The notes under the pieces were generated by a model. That model did not search any database and was not told the DNA's origin. It saw nothing but the letters and a program-made list of their open reading frames with translations. A program made the position numbers and the translations under genes. Below, in pieces: positions 17,818 to 27,245 of a stretch of DNA of 32,385 bases (within the stretch, counting starts at the first letter, position 1; each line of letters opens with the position of its first letter). This DNA comes from an uncultured archaeon (GTDB taxonomy: Archaea; Asgardarchaeota; Thorarchaeia; Thorarchaeales; Thorarchaeaceae): positions 1-32,385 of the forward strand of contig CAYYQL010000031.1 of the NCBI GenBank assembly GCA_964473825.1. The letters run 5' to 3'.

Positions 17818-19236
17818 CTAGGTGGGCGATTTTCGCAGTTGGATATCTACACGTGTCCCCCCCAGTTCTGATTCTCCAATATCGATATTGCCCCCATAGG
17901 TTGCCGCGATTTCCTTTACCAGGTACAGTCCCAGTCCAGAAGAGACTCGTTTCTCATCATCAAAGTCAGCGTTGAGTATCTCCTCCCTGACTTCTCCCGC
18001 GATGCCCTTTCCATTGTCTTCAACGCTAATCGTGAGGTCGGTGTCAGTGGCATGAGCAGTGACTCTGACAATACTACCCTCGGAATGCTCAAGGGAATTC
18101 TCTATCAGATTACTAAATAGGGGTCTCAAGAGCTGTCCTCCCTGCACCATGAGCCCGGCGCCTGGAAGCTCAGCAACGATTTCCATTCCTGTTCCTGATT
18201 GCTCGAAATTGTTGTCGGCAATAACAGACCGAATAACTTGTGCAAGGTCAATTTGTGTTGGTTCCTCATCCTTTTCGAGGTCCCTAAGCATACGGACTCG
18301 CTTTATGATGTCTGCTTGACGTTTCACGCCAGCCATTGCTTTGTCCACAATACTGGCCTGATATTCTGTGAGATCTGTATTCTTTAGTAGGTCAAGCGCC
18401 GCCTGAACTATCTGTATTCTGTTACCGACATCATGACTGAGGAGTGAATGAAGGAGTTCTCGTCGTCTTTCGGTGCGCTTCTGTTTTGTGATATCGAGAG
18501 TGATTTCTACTGCGCCTACAACGTTTCCCTCATTGTCTTCAACAGGGGCACCTGTGACCAGCCACCATCTTCCATCAGGCGTTTGCCGCTCACCGTTCTC
18601 CGGTCTTCCTGTGTCCCAAGACACCCGGACCGGGCACCCCTCACAAGGAATTTCCCTCCCTACCCAGATTTCGTAGCACTTCCTCCCCACCAATCGTTCA
18701 GGTGCTTCTTCTACAGACTCAGCTGCCGACCGATTCGCCCATATCACTCGGTGGTCTCTATCCTGAAGTAGTATGTGGAAGGGGGCACCGTCAAGAATCA
18801 CTGCTTTCTCTCGCTCAGTTTCAGCTAGTCTGAGCTGGGCATCTCTGCGTTCTTTCTCCGCCTTGTAGTGTTCCACTTCTTGAGCTATGACCTTTGCGAG
18901 CATCTGATACTGCGTCCGTACATCATGGCTCTTCTGCATGTATCGGTCAGCTCCCAGATTCAGTGCTCTTATCGCAACTTCCTCTCGCCCCTTCCCCGTA
19001 AACAGAATGAATGGAATATCGGTTTCTTTTCGGATGCTCTCCAGTAGCTGAAGCCCATCCATCTCAGGCATGGCGTAGTCCGAGGTCACGATATCGTATT
19101 CATCCTCCCTGAGTAGATTCAGCGCGTTTCTTGCAGAAGTTGTTGAAGTGATGTTGAATCTCTCATCTTCCTTTGTGAGAAACACCCTTGATATCTCAAG
19201 AAAACCCTCCTCATCATCGACATGCAAGATCTTCAT
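17818..19236 (-). CDS. Hybrid sensor histidine kinase REC-PAS-HisKA-HATPase
   Basis: ILHVDDE, SDYAMPEMDG, FTGKGREEVA (archaeal-style REC); PAS with C-x10-CxxC; H-box SHDVGN; NLIENS, DNGKG, GLGL. Confidence 0.93.
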   Translation of the reverse strand: MKILHVDDEEGFLEISRVFLTKEDERFNITSTTSARNALNLLREDEYDIVTSDYAMPEMDGLQLLESIRKETDIPFILFTGKGREEVAIRALNLGADRYMQKSHDVRTQYQMLAKVIAQEVEHYKAEKERRDAQLRLAETEREKAVILDGAPFHILLQDRDHRVIWANRSAAESVEEAPERLVGRKCYEIWVGREIPCEGCPVRVSWDTGRPENGERQTPDGRWWLVTGAPVEDNEGNVVGAVEITLDITKQKRTERRRELLHSLLSHDVGNRIQIVQAALDLLKNTDLTEYQASIVDKAMAGVKRQADIIKRVRMLRDLEKDEEPTQIDLAQVIRSVIADNNFEQSGTGMEIVAELPGAGLMVQGGQLLRPLFSNLIENSLEHSEGSIVRVTAHATDTDLTISVEDNGKGIAGEVREEILNADFDDEKRVSSGLGLYLVKEIAATYGGNIDIGESELGGTRVDIQLRKSPT

Positions 19237-19595
19237 TCAACATACCTCTTGGTCCTCTTGTGATCAGGATATCTCACTGATGGACAACCACGTAGTTACA
19301 GATTGGGCTCTATATCATATAATATTTTACAGAGCGTATTTTGTACGCGCATTCTGAGAATTGGGGGTTACTGCCTGGTTGTCCTTGCAGTCTGAGATGC
19401 TTAGCATAAGCTAACAATCCCCTGCATTCATCGTAGTCCAACGACGAATGGGCAGAAATGTCCTTGGGTGATACGGAGCCTCGGCCTTGGTACTCGCCAA
19501 ACACGGACAAACCGTCATGCTTGGGTGTTCGCGTTGGTGTTGTTATCAAAACACACGAGCTGTCCGATTGAATATGAATTGACTGTAGTGATTAT

Positions 19596-20099
19596 CTATT
19601 GTTGCAGCTGACTCCGATTTCCGTAGTGAATGGTGGCGGGACACCCGGGGCAATTGAATTGTGCTCTCAGAGAACAATTGGAGCAATCAGAACCGCAGGG
19701 CGATAATTCCTTTGTAGAACTCTCCAGACAGACAGGCAATTCGATTTCCTGAATAGGCCTGTCTATGAATGAGAACTCTACGGCATTTGCTCCCAGAACG
19801 TTTGGATTGTCTTCGAGGTAAGTGAACAACCCGCGCATATCGTCTAGCAATGCGAATACTCCGTAGTAGATGCAATCGGTTGTACCCGATAGGATGATTC
19901 GTGGACAGTCTTTCATACTGATGGCATTGTTTTGTGCTTGATCGGGTGATGTGAACTCAGCACGCATGATGCCAAGAATGTGATTCGGGTTTGCGGTCAT
20001 TATCGCGTTGACTCCTCTTGATGTAGAAGATATGAGCTTGATGACAATCCCCCTCTCAAGCATTTTGAGTCCAGTGTGAGTCTGTCTAAAGATGGACAT
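19596..20099 (-). CDS. Hypothetical protein with C-terminal Cys cluster (PCGSDCSNC...CPGCP); true start may be ATG at 20000
   Basis: CxxxCxxC-x7-CxxC, a putative Fe-S or Zn site. Confidence 0.65.
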   Translation of the reverse strand: MSIFRQTHTGLKMLERGIVIKLISSTSRGVNAIMTANPNHILGIMRAEFTSPDQAQNNAISMKDCPRIILSGTTDCIYYGVFALLDDMRGLFTYLEDNPNVLGANAVEFSFIDRPIQEIELPVCLESSTKELSPCGSDCSNCSLRAQFNCPGCPATIHYGNRSQLQQ

Positions 20100-20178
20100 G
20101 CTTCATGTGGTCGATTTCGGTCGTTCGAGTACATCACGAAAACTGGCACAATCACTTAGTGAGTTCAGTATAACTGTG

Positions 20179-20224
20179 AAAAAGCAGGGGCGGACTGAGC
20201 TCTATCAGAAAAAGCTCAGTTCCC
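20179..20224 (-). terminator. Hairpin plus U-tract after rubredoxin
   Basis: Minus strand ACTGAGCT...AGCTCAGT perfect 8-bp stem (extendable), followed after CCGCCCCTGC by TTTTT. Confidence 0.6.
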
Positions 20225-20230
20225 GTTTGT

Positions 20231-20395
20231 TCAATCCTCTATTCTCTCAAAATCAGCTTTGCTCGCGCCACACATGGGGCAGACCCAGTCATCTGGAATA
20301 TCCTCGAACTTCGTACCGGGCTCGACACCCGAGTCGGGGTCTCCCTTTTCCTCGTCATATACCCAGCCACAAACCAAACATTCCCATTTCGCCAT
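20231..20395 (-). CDS. Rubredoxin (54 aa, below the ORF-track size cutoff)
   Basis: [54 protein letters not shown]; two CxxCG knuckles; SD AGGTGA at 20403-20408. Confidence 0.97.
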   Translation of the reverse strand: MAKWECLVCGWVYDEEKGDPDSGVEPGTKFEDIPDDWVCPMCGASKADFERIED

Positions 20396-20460
20396 TTTGT
20401 TGTCACCTAGACACGGCCAACAGCCGTTAGTTCTACTCTCTCGTTCTATCTGAACCGAAT

Positions 20461-20498
20461 AAAAGGATTCGGTTGAGCCCCCTGAGGGACTCAGACCG
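20461..20498 (-). terminator. Hairpin plus short U-tract after the acidic-tail membrane protein gene
   Basis: Minus strand CGGT-C-TGAGTCCC-TCAG-GGGGCTCA-ACCG (12 bp, one G-U), then AATCCTTTTATT. Confidence 0.6.
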
Positions 20499-20508
20499 TC
20501 TGAAGATA

Positions 20509-21822
20509 TCAGGATTCCATGTCGGGCTGGTCCTCTTCGACCATGTCTTCGTAGGGCTCTTCTTCATCGGGCTCCTCCTCTGGTTCCTCAGGTGTTGAAG
20601 GTTCAATCTCAGGCTCCCCTTCAATCTCAGTGCGCGGCTCGACCTCGTCAGGTTCTTCGTGAACAGGCTCCTCTTCATCAACAGTTGGTGCTGGTCGCAT
20701 CTCTTCCTCTTCAGGAGGCCCCTCAACTGGCTCCTCCTCGGGCTCAGCCGGTTTGCTAAGCCTTCTCAAGAAGAGGAACTCCATGACGAGGGCTACGAAT
20801 GGAAAGATGAAGAGCTTGACTAGATCTCCTGCTGCGGCACCGAATGACGGGTCCGGGAAGAGGATTGGAAAGAGCATATCGGTGAAGTAGTATCCCGATG
20901 CAAGGAAGAACGTGATCATGGCGGCCGTCTGGGCTGAGATCTTGAGTCGTGTGTCCCTCTCGGCTCTACTGGCCAGCGTCTGGCCCACCGAACTCATGGT
21001 GTAGAACACGAAGAAGATTGAGATTATCAGATCCACCGGCTGGAATGCGGCAGCAACGGTCTGTCCAGCATTGTAGATGAAATAGGCGGAGTAGAGAGAG
21101 ATGAACAGTCCAAGGAGTGCAATATTGAACACGGTTGATGTGTTACGATTTCGTTTTATGATGATTGAGTTGAGGAAGCTGAACAGCAGCGCAAGAGCAG
21201 TACCAAGCAGCAGAAGCAGGAGCCTGAATGGATTGGCGAGGAGGGCTCCAAGGTTGGTCATGGTTGTATAGAGGAATGAACCAGCAATTGCCAAATAGCA
21301 GAATATGTTGCTGGCAAAGACCAGGCCCATTTTTAGGTCAGAGATTTCTGTAGCCTGTACCTTCTCCGCATATCGGAGACTAGTTCGGGTCGAAAAATAG
21401 GCTTGGAATGAGATCCATCCGACAAATGCGATCCCAAATATGAGTATCTCCAAAAATGGTAGGAAGAAGAAAAGAAGCATGGCGAAGGTCATTCCACTGA
21501 CAATTAGCCACGGTATGAGCATCACAAATGAACGAGAATACGACTCATCCGACGCGAGAAACCTCTCTTGGCGCAGTGCTGTGACAATCGTTGCGAAAAG
21601 GAAGAACATGGGGATGACTCCGCCGGTGGCTGCGAAGATGAAGGCTATGAATCCCCTAAGAACTGGATCTGCAATTCCAGCTGTCAGTGCCAATCCGAGC
21701 GTCCCTGTAACTGTCATCCATACTATCCCGACAAGAAAGAAGGCCAGTAGCCATCTCAGTCTCTTGTTCTGCCAAAACAGTCTGAGTCCTTCAACGAATG
21801 ATGTGATCATTGGAATTTCCAT
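20509..21822 (-). CDS. Polytopic membrane protein (about 10 TM) with long Glu/Pro-rich C-terminal tail
   Basis: Multiple hydrophobic segments; the last ~80 aa are dominated by E, P and D. Confidence 0.8.
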   Translation of the reverse strand: MEIPMITSFVEGLRLFWQNKRLRWLLAFFLVGIVWMTVTGTLGLALTAGIADPVLRGFIAFIFAATGGVIPMFFLFATIVTALRQERFLASDESYSRSFVMLIPWLIVSGMTFAMLLFFFLPFLEILIFGIAFVGWISFQAYFSTRTSLRYAEKVQATEISDLKMGLVFASNIFCYLAIAGSFLYTTMTNLGALLANPFRLLLLLLGTALALLFSFLNSIIIKRNRNTSTVFNIALLGLFISLYSAYFIYNAGQTVAAAFQPVDLIISIFFVFYTMSSVGQTLASRAERDTRLKISAQTAAMITFFLASGYYFTDMLFPILFPDPSFGAAAGDLVKLFIFPFVALVMEFLFLRRLSKPAEPEEEPVEGPPEEEEMRPAPTVDEEEPVHEEPDEVEPRTEIEGEPEIEPSTPEEPEEEPDEEEPYEDMVEEDQPDMES

Positions 21823-21843
21823 ACATCTCTCTCCTAACTAATC

Positions 21844-22308
21844 TCATTTAGTAAGCACGTAAACTATCTCTTCTTCAAGCGTTTCTTTCACTTGAGGCTT
21901 TTCAACGATGGTGCCTATCTTCTCTCCATCTTTGTCAAAGAACGCAATCCACGGTATGTGTGTCACGCCCCATTCCTCCATCTCTGGTGGAGAGGGTGGA
22001 ATCTTCCATTGATGCTCTGGGTCCAGCGGCGCTGTCTTGATCTCACCAAAGACTCGCACCTCCATTCCGGTGTTCTCCTCGATGAGTTTGAGAACGGGTA
22101 TGGCTCGCTTGCAATCACCACACCAAGGTGCACTGAAGACAACACAAATCGTGTCTTGGGCTATCTTCTCAAGATCTCGCAAGGCACTCGTATCCAGTGA
22201 GTACTCCTGAAGTCCCTCTAGAAGGATATCCTTGTCCTTGCCGTGGTGCCCTTCAATGTACTCATCCAGTGTTTTCGACCGCTTCCGGATACTGTCAAGA
22301 TCAACCAT
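21844..22308 (-). CDS. Thioredoxin-family protein (WCGDC)
   Basis: VFSAPWCGDC active site; cis-Pro loop THIPW. Confidence 0.9.
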   Translation of the reverse strand: MVDLDSIRKRSKTLDEYIEGHHGKDKDILLEGLQEYSLDTSALRDLEKIAQDTICVVFSAPWCGDCKRAIPVLKLIEENTGMEVRVFGEIKTAPLDPEHQWKIPPSPPEMEEWGVTHIPWIAFFDKDGEKIGTIVEKPQVKETLEEEIVYVLTK

Positions 22309-22454
22309 AACGATTCATCACCATGTATCAAAGCCATTTTCCACAGTGAGTTGAGTATCCAAATATAGCCTTCGATGGACAGTCGCAGATGCACCAATAA
22401 GGCTCATTAATCTTCCCGGGCATCGGATGCACAAGCACTCCAGAGGTAAAGCTC

Positions 22455-23000
22455 GTGTTTCGTCAGATCTTCAAAGTCTTGGTTGTTGGACCTCGGAATG
22501 TGGGCAAGACCTCACTCATTGCAAGACACTTACATGACAGCTTCGAAGAAAGCTACGTGGCAACTGTTGGAGTGGACATGAATGCCACTAAAATCGACCT
22601 GCCTGATGGCACCATAATCCTCTCAGTTGTTGACCTAGGCGGACAGCAGAGTTTTGCGTCATTACGGCTCAGTTTCTATCAGGGGGCTCATCACATAATC
22701 CTGGTGTACGATACAGACGACCGTCAGTCATTCGATGCCATCCCCAAGTGGTTTGATGGAATTACGAAGGGGTTCTGTTTTTCAGGCGGACGCCAGTTAC
22801 GGGGATCTCTCGTCGCTAACAAGATTGACCTCGAAGAACCTCATGCAGTCACCGAAGAGGAGGGTAAGCTGCTAGCTGATACGATTTCCTTTCGTTTCTT
22901 CAGGACCAGTGCGAAGACTGGAGAGGCTGTGAATGAGGTATTTGTTCATGCAGCTTCCGACGCTCGAGAGGCCATGAAGGCCTCCCACTCAGAACAGTGA
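22455..23000 (+). CDS. Rab/Ras-like small GTPase (eukaryotic signature protein type)
   Basis: G1 GPRNVGKT, G2 ATVGVD, G3 DLGGQ, FYQGA, G4 NKID, G5 TSAK. Confidence 0.93.
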   Translation: MFRQIFKVLVVGPRNVGKTSLIARHLHDSFEESYVATVGVDMNATKIDLPDGTIILSVVDLGGQQSFASLRLSFYQGAHHIILVYDTDDRQSFDAIPKWFDGITKGFCFSGGRQLRGSLVANKIDLEEPHAVTEEEGKLLADTISFRFFRTSAKTGEAVNEVFVHAASDAREAMKASHSEQ

Positions 23001-23007
23001 CTTCGCG

Positions 23008-23427
23008 CTATTCGGTCTGAATCGACCCTTCTGCTTCACCTAACCTCTTGAATCTCAAGTAGTAGTAGAAATCAAGGACGAATAAGAATGCTCCTTGAAT
23101 GATGACACCTACTCCGTTGCCGACGATATAAGGGTCTTGCCAGACGAAGATAAAGAGTAGTAGTCCCACAAGTTGATAACCAATGTCTAGGATGACATTT
23201 ACAAGAAGGACTTTCGCTATCTTGTCTATGGGCTGGTCCTGTTTCCTGCGAAAGCCTACCAGAGCTATCACTGAGTCGATGATTCCCCAGAGAATGGCTT
23301 GTAGACCAATTCCCTGTATGAACAGGTCTGGGACAAATGAGAGTATCACTCCAATGATGATACTGGCCACACTCCACACCATTAGCGTCCTAGCAAGGTT
23401 TCGCTTCAGTATATCCTTGGCATCCAT
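23008..23427 (-). CDS. Small 4-TM membrane protein (DUF6992-like)
   Basis: WSVASI..G, Q...WG.ID, N..LD..Y, G.G...QG.FL...D pattern. Confidence 0.65.
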   Translation of the reverse strand: MDAKDILKRNLARTLMVWSVASIIIGVILSFVPDLFIQGIGLQAILWGIIDSVIALVGFRRKQDQPIDKIAKVLLVNVILDIGYQLVGLLLFIFVWQDPYIVGNGVGVIIQGAFLFVLDFYYYLRFKRLGEAEGSIQTE

Positions 23428-23529
23428 ATTGCTGTTCCACCTACCGTTCCTAATGTAGTCTTTCGTTGTGACTATTCAATCATCCGATTGATTCAATAAC
23501 CTCTGACATCAGTGTGGTCCCTGAATATC

Positions 23530-24873
23530 ATGTCGCAAACTCATATCGACAAGATTGAACGGAAGAAGTGGATATCCCTTGGTATATTCCTAGTTGTAGA
23601 CGTACTCCAAGTTCTATTTGTGACATTGATTGACCTTGATCCGGCCAGGCCGTCTATTGTTGGACTCGACTTCTCTCGTACCAATCCCTTGGTTTCAGTT
23701 TCGCTCTTTCTAACTATCGCGTTCCTCCAAGTGGTCATGATCTACGGGGTTGCCCTCACCATGGTCCGTAGGGATGATATGATTGAGATATATCCTGAGT
23801 ATCATAGGGCTGATGATTGGGATTCCAATTATAGCCGTGAGCAACTCGTTGAATGGACCCAGTCTGCGGCTGAAGAATGTGAAGCTGGAGTTGACAAGAT
23901 TTTCTTGATGAAATCACCGCTCCCGAACGCATTCACCTTCGGTCTCCCCTTTATCGGCACCATTGTTGCACTTCACAGTAACCTGCTTGACCTGCTTGCA
24001 CCTGATGAGGTTAGAGCTATAATCACACATGAAGTGGCTCACATTCGCCATCGAGATTCAATCGTGCAGATTATCCTTCGTATGCCATCTGTCTTTGTCG
24101 ACACGATCTACCTCTACATCTATCTCCGGCTGATTCTTGGAGTCATGGACGCCCTTCTCGTTTCCTTCGACTTCATAGTCGTTGGCATCAGAATAGCTGT
24201 TCTCTTGGGATTCTTCTTGATATCTCGAGTGATGATGCTGGTGTCTCGACTCTTTGTCAAGAAAGCTGCACGATATGCAGAAATGATGGCGGACCACTAC
24301 TCGGCTGAGGCCCTTGGAACAGAGTCTACTATCAACGCCCTTCTACTGCTCGGACAGCGCGTTGAAGCACTGGCGGCCTTTGTGGAGGAGATGAAGTGGC
24401 TTCATAGTCTGGAATCAGACAATGTCCGGGGAATAAGCGGTGTCGAACTCAAACGGTTGGTTGATGAGTTCCCTGTGAATACCATTAATGAGGGTGAGGC
24501 ACGGCTGTTGGCTCCTGAGATCTACTTGAGACTCAAGCTCGAACGGCTAAGACAGATATATGCTCTGCGAGTTGACGACGAGTCTATTCGCGAGATGGTC
24601 AGATGTGCAGCTGAAGACTTGATTGAGAAGAGGAAGAGAGAGCATCCTGAGATAGAAGCACAGGCGGACCAGACAGTTGACTGGAGAGATGCTGATCAGG
24701 ACGGGGACCTGCGGCTGTCATCTCAAGAAATCAGAAACTTCATAGAAACACTCCGAAAGTATCCTAACAAATTTCTTTTCGAGAATGAGATCGACGAGAA
24801 CATCTTGATGTTGGACCACCCCGACTTCAGAAGGCGGATCCTGTTTCTTGCTGACGCGTTCGAGGTTGAGTAG
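23530..24873 (+). CDS. M48 (HtpX/Ste24) family membrane zinc metalloprotease with EF-hand-like insert
   Basis: PNAF, HEVAH (24028-24042), RYAEMMAD third ligand, terminal HP..RRI; ATG 23530. Confidence 0.88.
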   Translation: MSQTHIDKIERKKWISLGIFLVVDVLQVLFVTLIDLDPARPSIVGLDFSRTNPLVSVSLFLTIAFLQVVMIYGVALTMVRRDDMIEIYPEYHRADDWDSNYSREQLVEWTQSAAEECEAGVDKIFLMKSPLPNAFTFGLPFIGTIVALHSNLLDLLAPDEVRAIITHEVAHIRHRDSIVQIILRMPSVFVDTIYLYIYLRLILGVMDALLVSFDFIVVGIRIAVLLGFFLISRVMMLVSRLFVKKAARYAEMMADHYSAEALGTESTINALLLLGQRVEALAAFVEEMKWLHSLESDNVRGISGVELKRLVDEFPVNTINEGEARLLAPEIYLRLKLERLRQIYALRVDDESIREMVRCAAEDLIEKRKREHPEIEAQADQTVDWRDADQDGDLRLSSQEIRNFIETLRKYPNKFLFENEIDENILMLDHPDFRRRILFLADAFEVE

Positions 24874-24890
24874 ACTATCATTCTGGTGTT

Positions 24891-25586
24891 GTGATGAGAG
24901 TGTCTAAGAATCCTATAATTGCACAACAAAGCCAACTCGATGTTGGCACCCTTGTCACTCGACTCAGAGGTGGGCGATTTCCGAAGGACGTGCTGCCTTC
25001 TTCAGAGCTTGTTCAGGAAGGGGCCGCACTTCTCTTGGGCCGTACCCTACGTCGCGCGTGTCTCGTAACCCGCAAGGAGGGCGATTCTGTTCATGTTTCG
25101 GGCATTGAGATTCGAAGCAAGGTACTCTCACACCTTCTCTCTGATGGTTCGAAAGTCTTTCCCTATCTCGTATCGATTGACCATAGATACGAAGAATGGA
25201 CTCAACGGCTTGATGATACAATTCATCAGTACTTCTTTGAGCGACTTGGGGATTTGGCAATATTCGAGCTTCGCGATGAGCTAGCCAACTCGATAACCGA
25301 GGAGTTTGGTTTTTCCCATGTTTCTGACTTTCGTCCAGGATCAATTGATGACTGGCCCCTCAGCGGACAGAGAGAGCTCTTCCGAATCTTGGGTGATACA
25401 GAGACCTTGATTGGAGTGAAACTCTCAAAAAACTTCCTGATGCATCCGAGAAAGTCTCTTTCAGGCATCATGTTCGAAACCGAAGAACCCTTTCATACAT
25501 GTTTTCTGTGTGACTCTCGCACTTGTGAGAGCCGCCTTGCAGCCTTCGATCCTTCTCTTAGACTTGAGTTCGGTTTGAACCTCTAA
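24891..25586 (+). CDS. Stand-alone vitamin B12-dependent methionine synthase activation-domain-like protein
   Basis: FRPGSIDDWPLSGQRELF, IGVKLS..FLMHPRKSLSG, C-terminal CxxCxxxxCxxR. Confidence 0.82.
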   Translation: MMRVSKNPIIAQQSQLDVGTLVTRLRGGRFPKDVLPSSELVQEGAALLLGRTLRRACLVTRKEGDSVHVSGIEIRSKVLSHLLSDGSKVFPYLVSIDHRYEEWTQRLDDTIHQYFFERLGDLAIFELRDELANSITEEFGFSHVSDFRPGSIDDWPLSGQRELFRILGDTETLIGVKLSKNFLMHPRKSLSGIMFETEEPFHTCFLCDSRTCESRLAAFDPSLRLEFGLNL

Positions 25587-25623
25587 AAGCCAGACCTTAG
25601 GCGCGTGAGAAGACCAAGCATCT

Positions 25624-27084
25624 CTATGCAGCTAGCGGTATCTCAATCCGAAACCTTGCACCCCTTCCCTTCTCTGATTCCATCAGAGAGATTCTTCCCC
25701 CGATGGCCAGGATTATCTGCCGCGACAAGTACAGACCCAGCCCACTTCCTGTGGTTGAAACTCCTCTCTTGAACAGGTCTTTTCTGATTTCTGGGGAGAT
25801 TCCCGGCCCATTGTCTGTGTACTCTATTTCCACGCGATTCTCGTCTTTCGTTGCAGATATCCAGACCTCTACTCTATTCTCCCCAAAGCGAACAGAGTTT
25901 CTGAGCAGATTCTCGAACACGATTGGAAGCAACTTGCTGAGTGGAATACGGGCTTCTTCAAGGGCATCATCAATATCAGTTTGTATTGTGATGCGGTTGT
26001 TCTCCTTGGTGCGTTCAACGACATTGTCAATGACATCTACAATGCTTCGAGTTGCTTTCTCTTCAGGGCTCTGGAATGAATTTAGAAGATCCTTCATTCT
26101 CTCGGCTGCCGCAGATGCTGAACGCAGCATCGAATGTGCCTCTCCTCCCTTCTGTTCCATCAACATCTGTGCGGCTTCGATATATCCGTGGATGGCCTGT
26201 AGATCGTTACTCAGGTCATGCCTTAAGACCGATGTGTACATACTCAGTTCTCTAGCAGCAAGGATCAGATCCGCTTCGCTCTGTTCTCTTCTTGATAGGT
26301 CTCGAATGATTGACAAGAATATGTCTCTGTCGTGGTTTTCTATCCGAGTCACTGCGATTTCGACAGGGACAGTTTTTCCATCTTTTCTCTGAAGTTTTCT
26401 AGGTATGGTTATCTCGTCGGGTGCTTGAGGATCTGAGTAAATTTCGAGAGCTTCATCTGAGGTCATCTGCGGAGCTTCAAGCTGTCGGGTCGTCATTTCG
26501 AGCAATTCGTTTCGCGAGTAGCCAAGAAGCGCCTCTGCCGCTCTATTGGCATCGATTATTTTCTCTTCAGAGTCCTCCACAATAATCGCATCGTGAGCGT
26601 TCTCGAAGAGTCCACGATACATCTCTTCGCTCTTTCTCAACGCTTCGAGTGCTCTTCTCTCTCCTGTGACATCAAAGACAACAGATATTGTTCCGTCTAT
26701 GTTGCCTTCTGAGTCCACCCTTGGAGCCGCCGAGAGTTGGATTGTCCTGATATCCCCTTTGGGGTCAGCTACATGTATCTCGTAGGTAGACGATTCTCCC
26801 TTCTTTCGCTTCTGGGTCTCACGGAGGACCGTATGCATGTCGTCTCCCACTACCAAGTCATGGGCTCGGAGTCCGACAATGTCCTTCGGCTCGACATTAA
26901 TGATATCCGCGGCTGCTTGATTCACTATCTCGATCCTCTCGGCCATGTCGGTGACCACAACACCAACAGGAAGAGCATCAGCAAACTCTTGAATTGCCCG
27001 GTGGGACACGCCTGCAGTATGCATTCTTTGAAGATTCCTAGCAGTGTCCCCCGTGCTCTCCTTTGCCTTCTCATTCAAGGGCAA
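25624..27084 (-). CDS. PAS-PAS sensor histidine kinase
   Basis: Two PAS domains (VNQAA, ANRAAEALLGYS); H-box RHDLSN; NLLRNS, DNGPG, GLGL. Confidence 0.92.
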   Translation of the reverse strand: MPLNEKAKESTGDTARNLQRMHTAGVSHRAIQEFADALPVGVVVTDMAERIEIVNQAAADIINVEPKDIVGLRAHDLVVGDDMHTVLRETQKRKKGESSTYEIHVADPKGDIRTIQLSAAPRVDSEGNIDGTISVVFDVTGERRALEALRKSEEMYRGLFENAHDAIIVEDSEEKIIDANRAAEALLGYSRNELLEMTTRQLEAPQMTSDEALEIYSDPQAPDEITIPRKLQRKDGKTVPVEIAVTRIENHDRDIFLSIIRDLSRREQSEADLILAARELSMYTSVLRHDLSNDLQAIHGYIEAAQMLMEQKGGEAHSMLRSASAAAERMKDLLNSFQSPEEKATRSIVDVIDNVVERTKENNRITIQTDIDDALEEARIPLSKLLPIVFENLLRNSVRFGENRVEVWISATKDENRVEIEYTDNGPGISPEIRKDLFKRGVSTTGSGLGLYLSRQIILAIGGRISLMESEKGRGARFRIEIPLAA

Positions 27085-27245
27085 TCAAATCCTGGTGTAT
27101 CTATTCTCTTAGTTAGACGAGGCTTTGTGAATATTGATTCCATTACTTCTAAAGGTTCCTAAAAACCCAGCGTTCTCCCGCATTGTCGACTCTTGACTCA
27201 CTCATTGGCCATTGCTTCCCTTAAACGCTACTACTATCAGAACTC

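Noticed and set aside
19310-19549. 79-aa minus-strand ORF upstream of the hybrid kinase
   Set aside because: TTG start, no recognisable motif, and it overlaps the likely AT-rich promoter region.
20231-20233. UGA readthrough (selenoprotein) at rubredoxin or other UGA stops
   Set aside because: The proteins are complete at their stops and no UGA aligns with an expected catalytic Cys.
22455-24873. M48 protease acting as a CAAX protease on the neighbouring GTPase
   Set aside because: The GTPase has no C-terminal Cys motif, and Ras-type CAAX processing in eukaryotes is done by Rce1 rather than Ste24.
25703-26392. 229-aa plus-strand ORF
   Set aside because: Antisense shadow of the well-supported histidine kinase; the same applies to 5031-5510 and 29898-30440.
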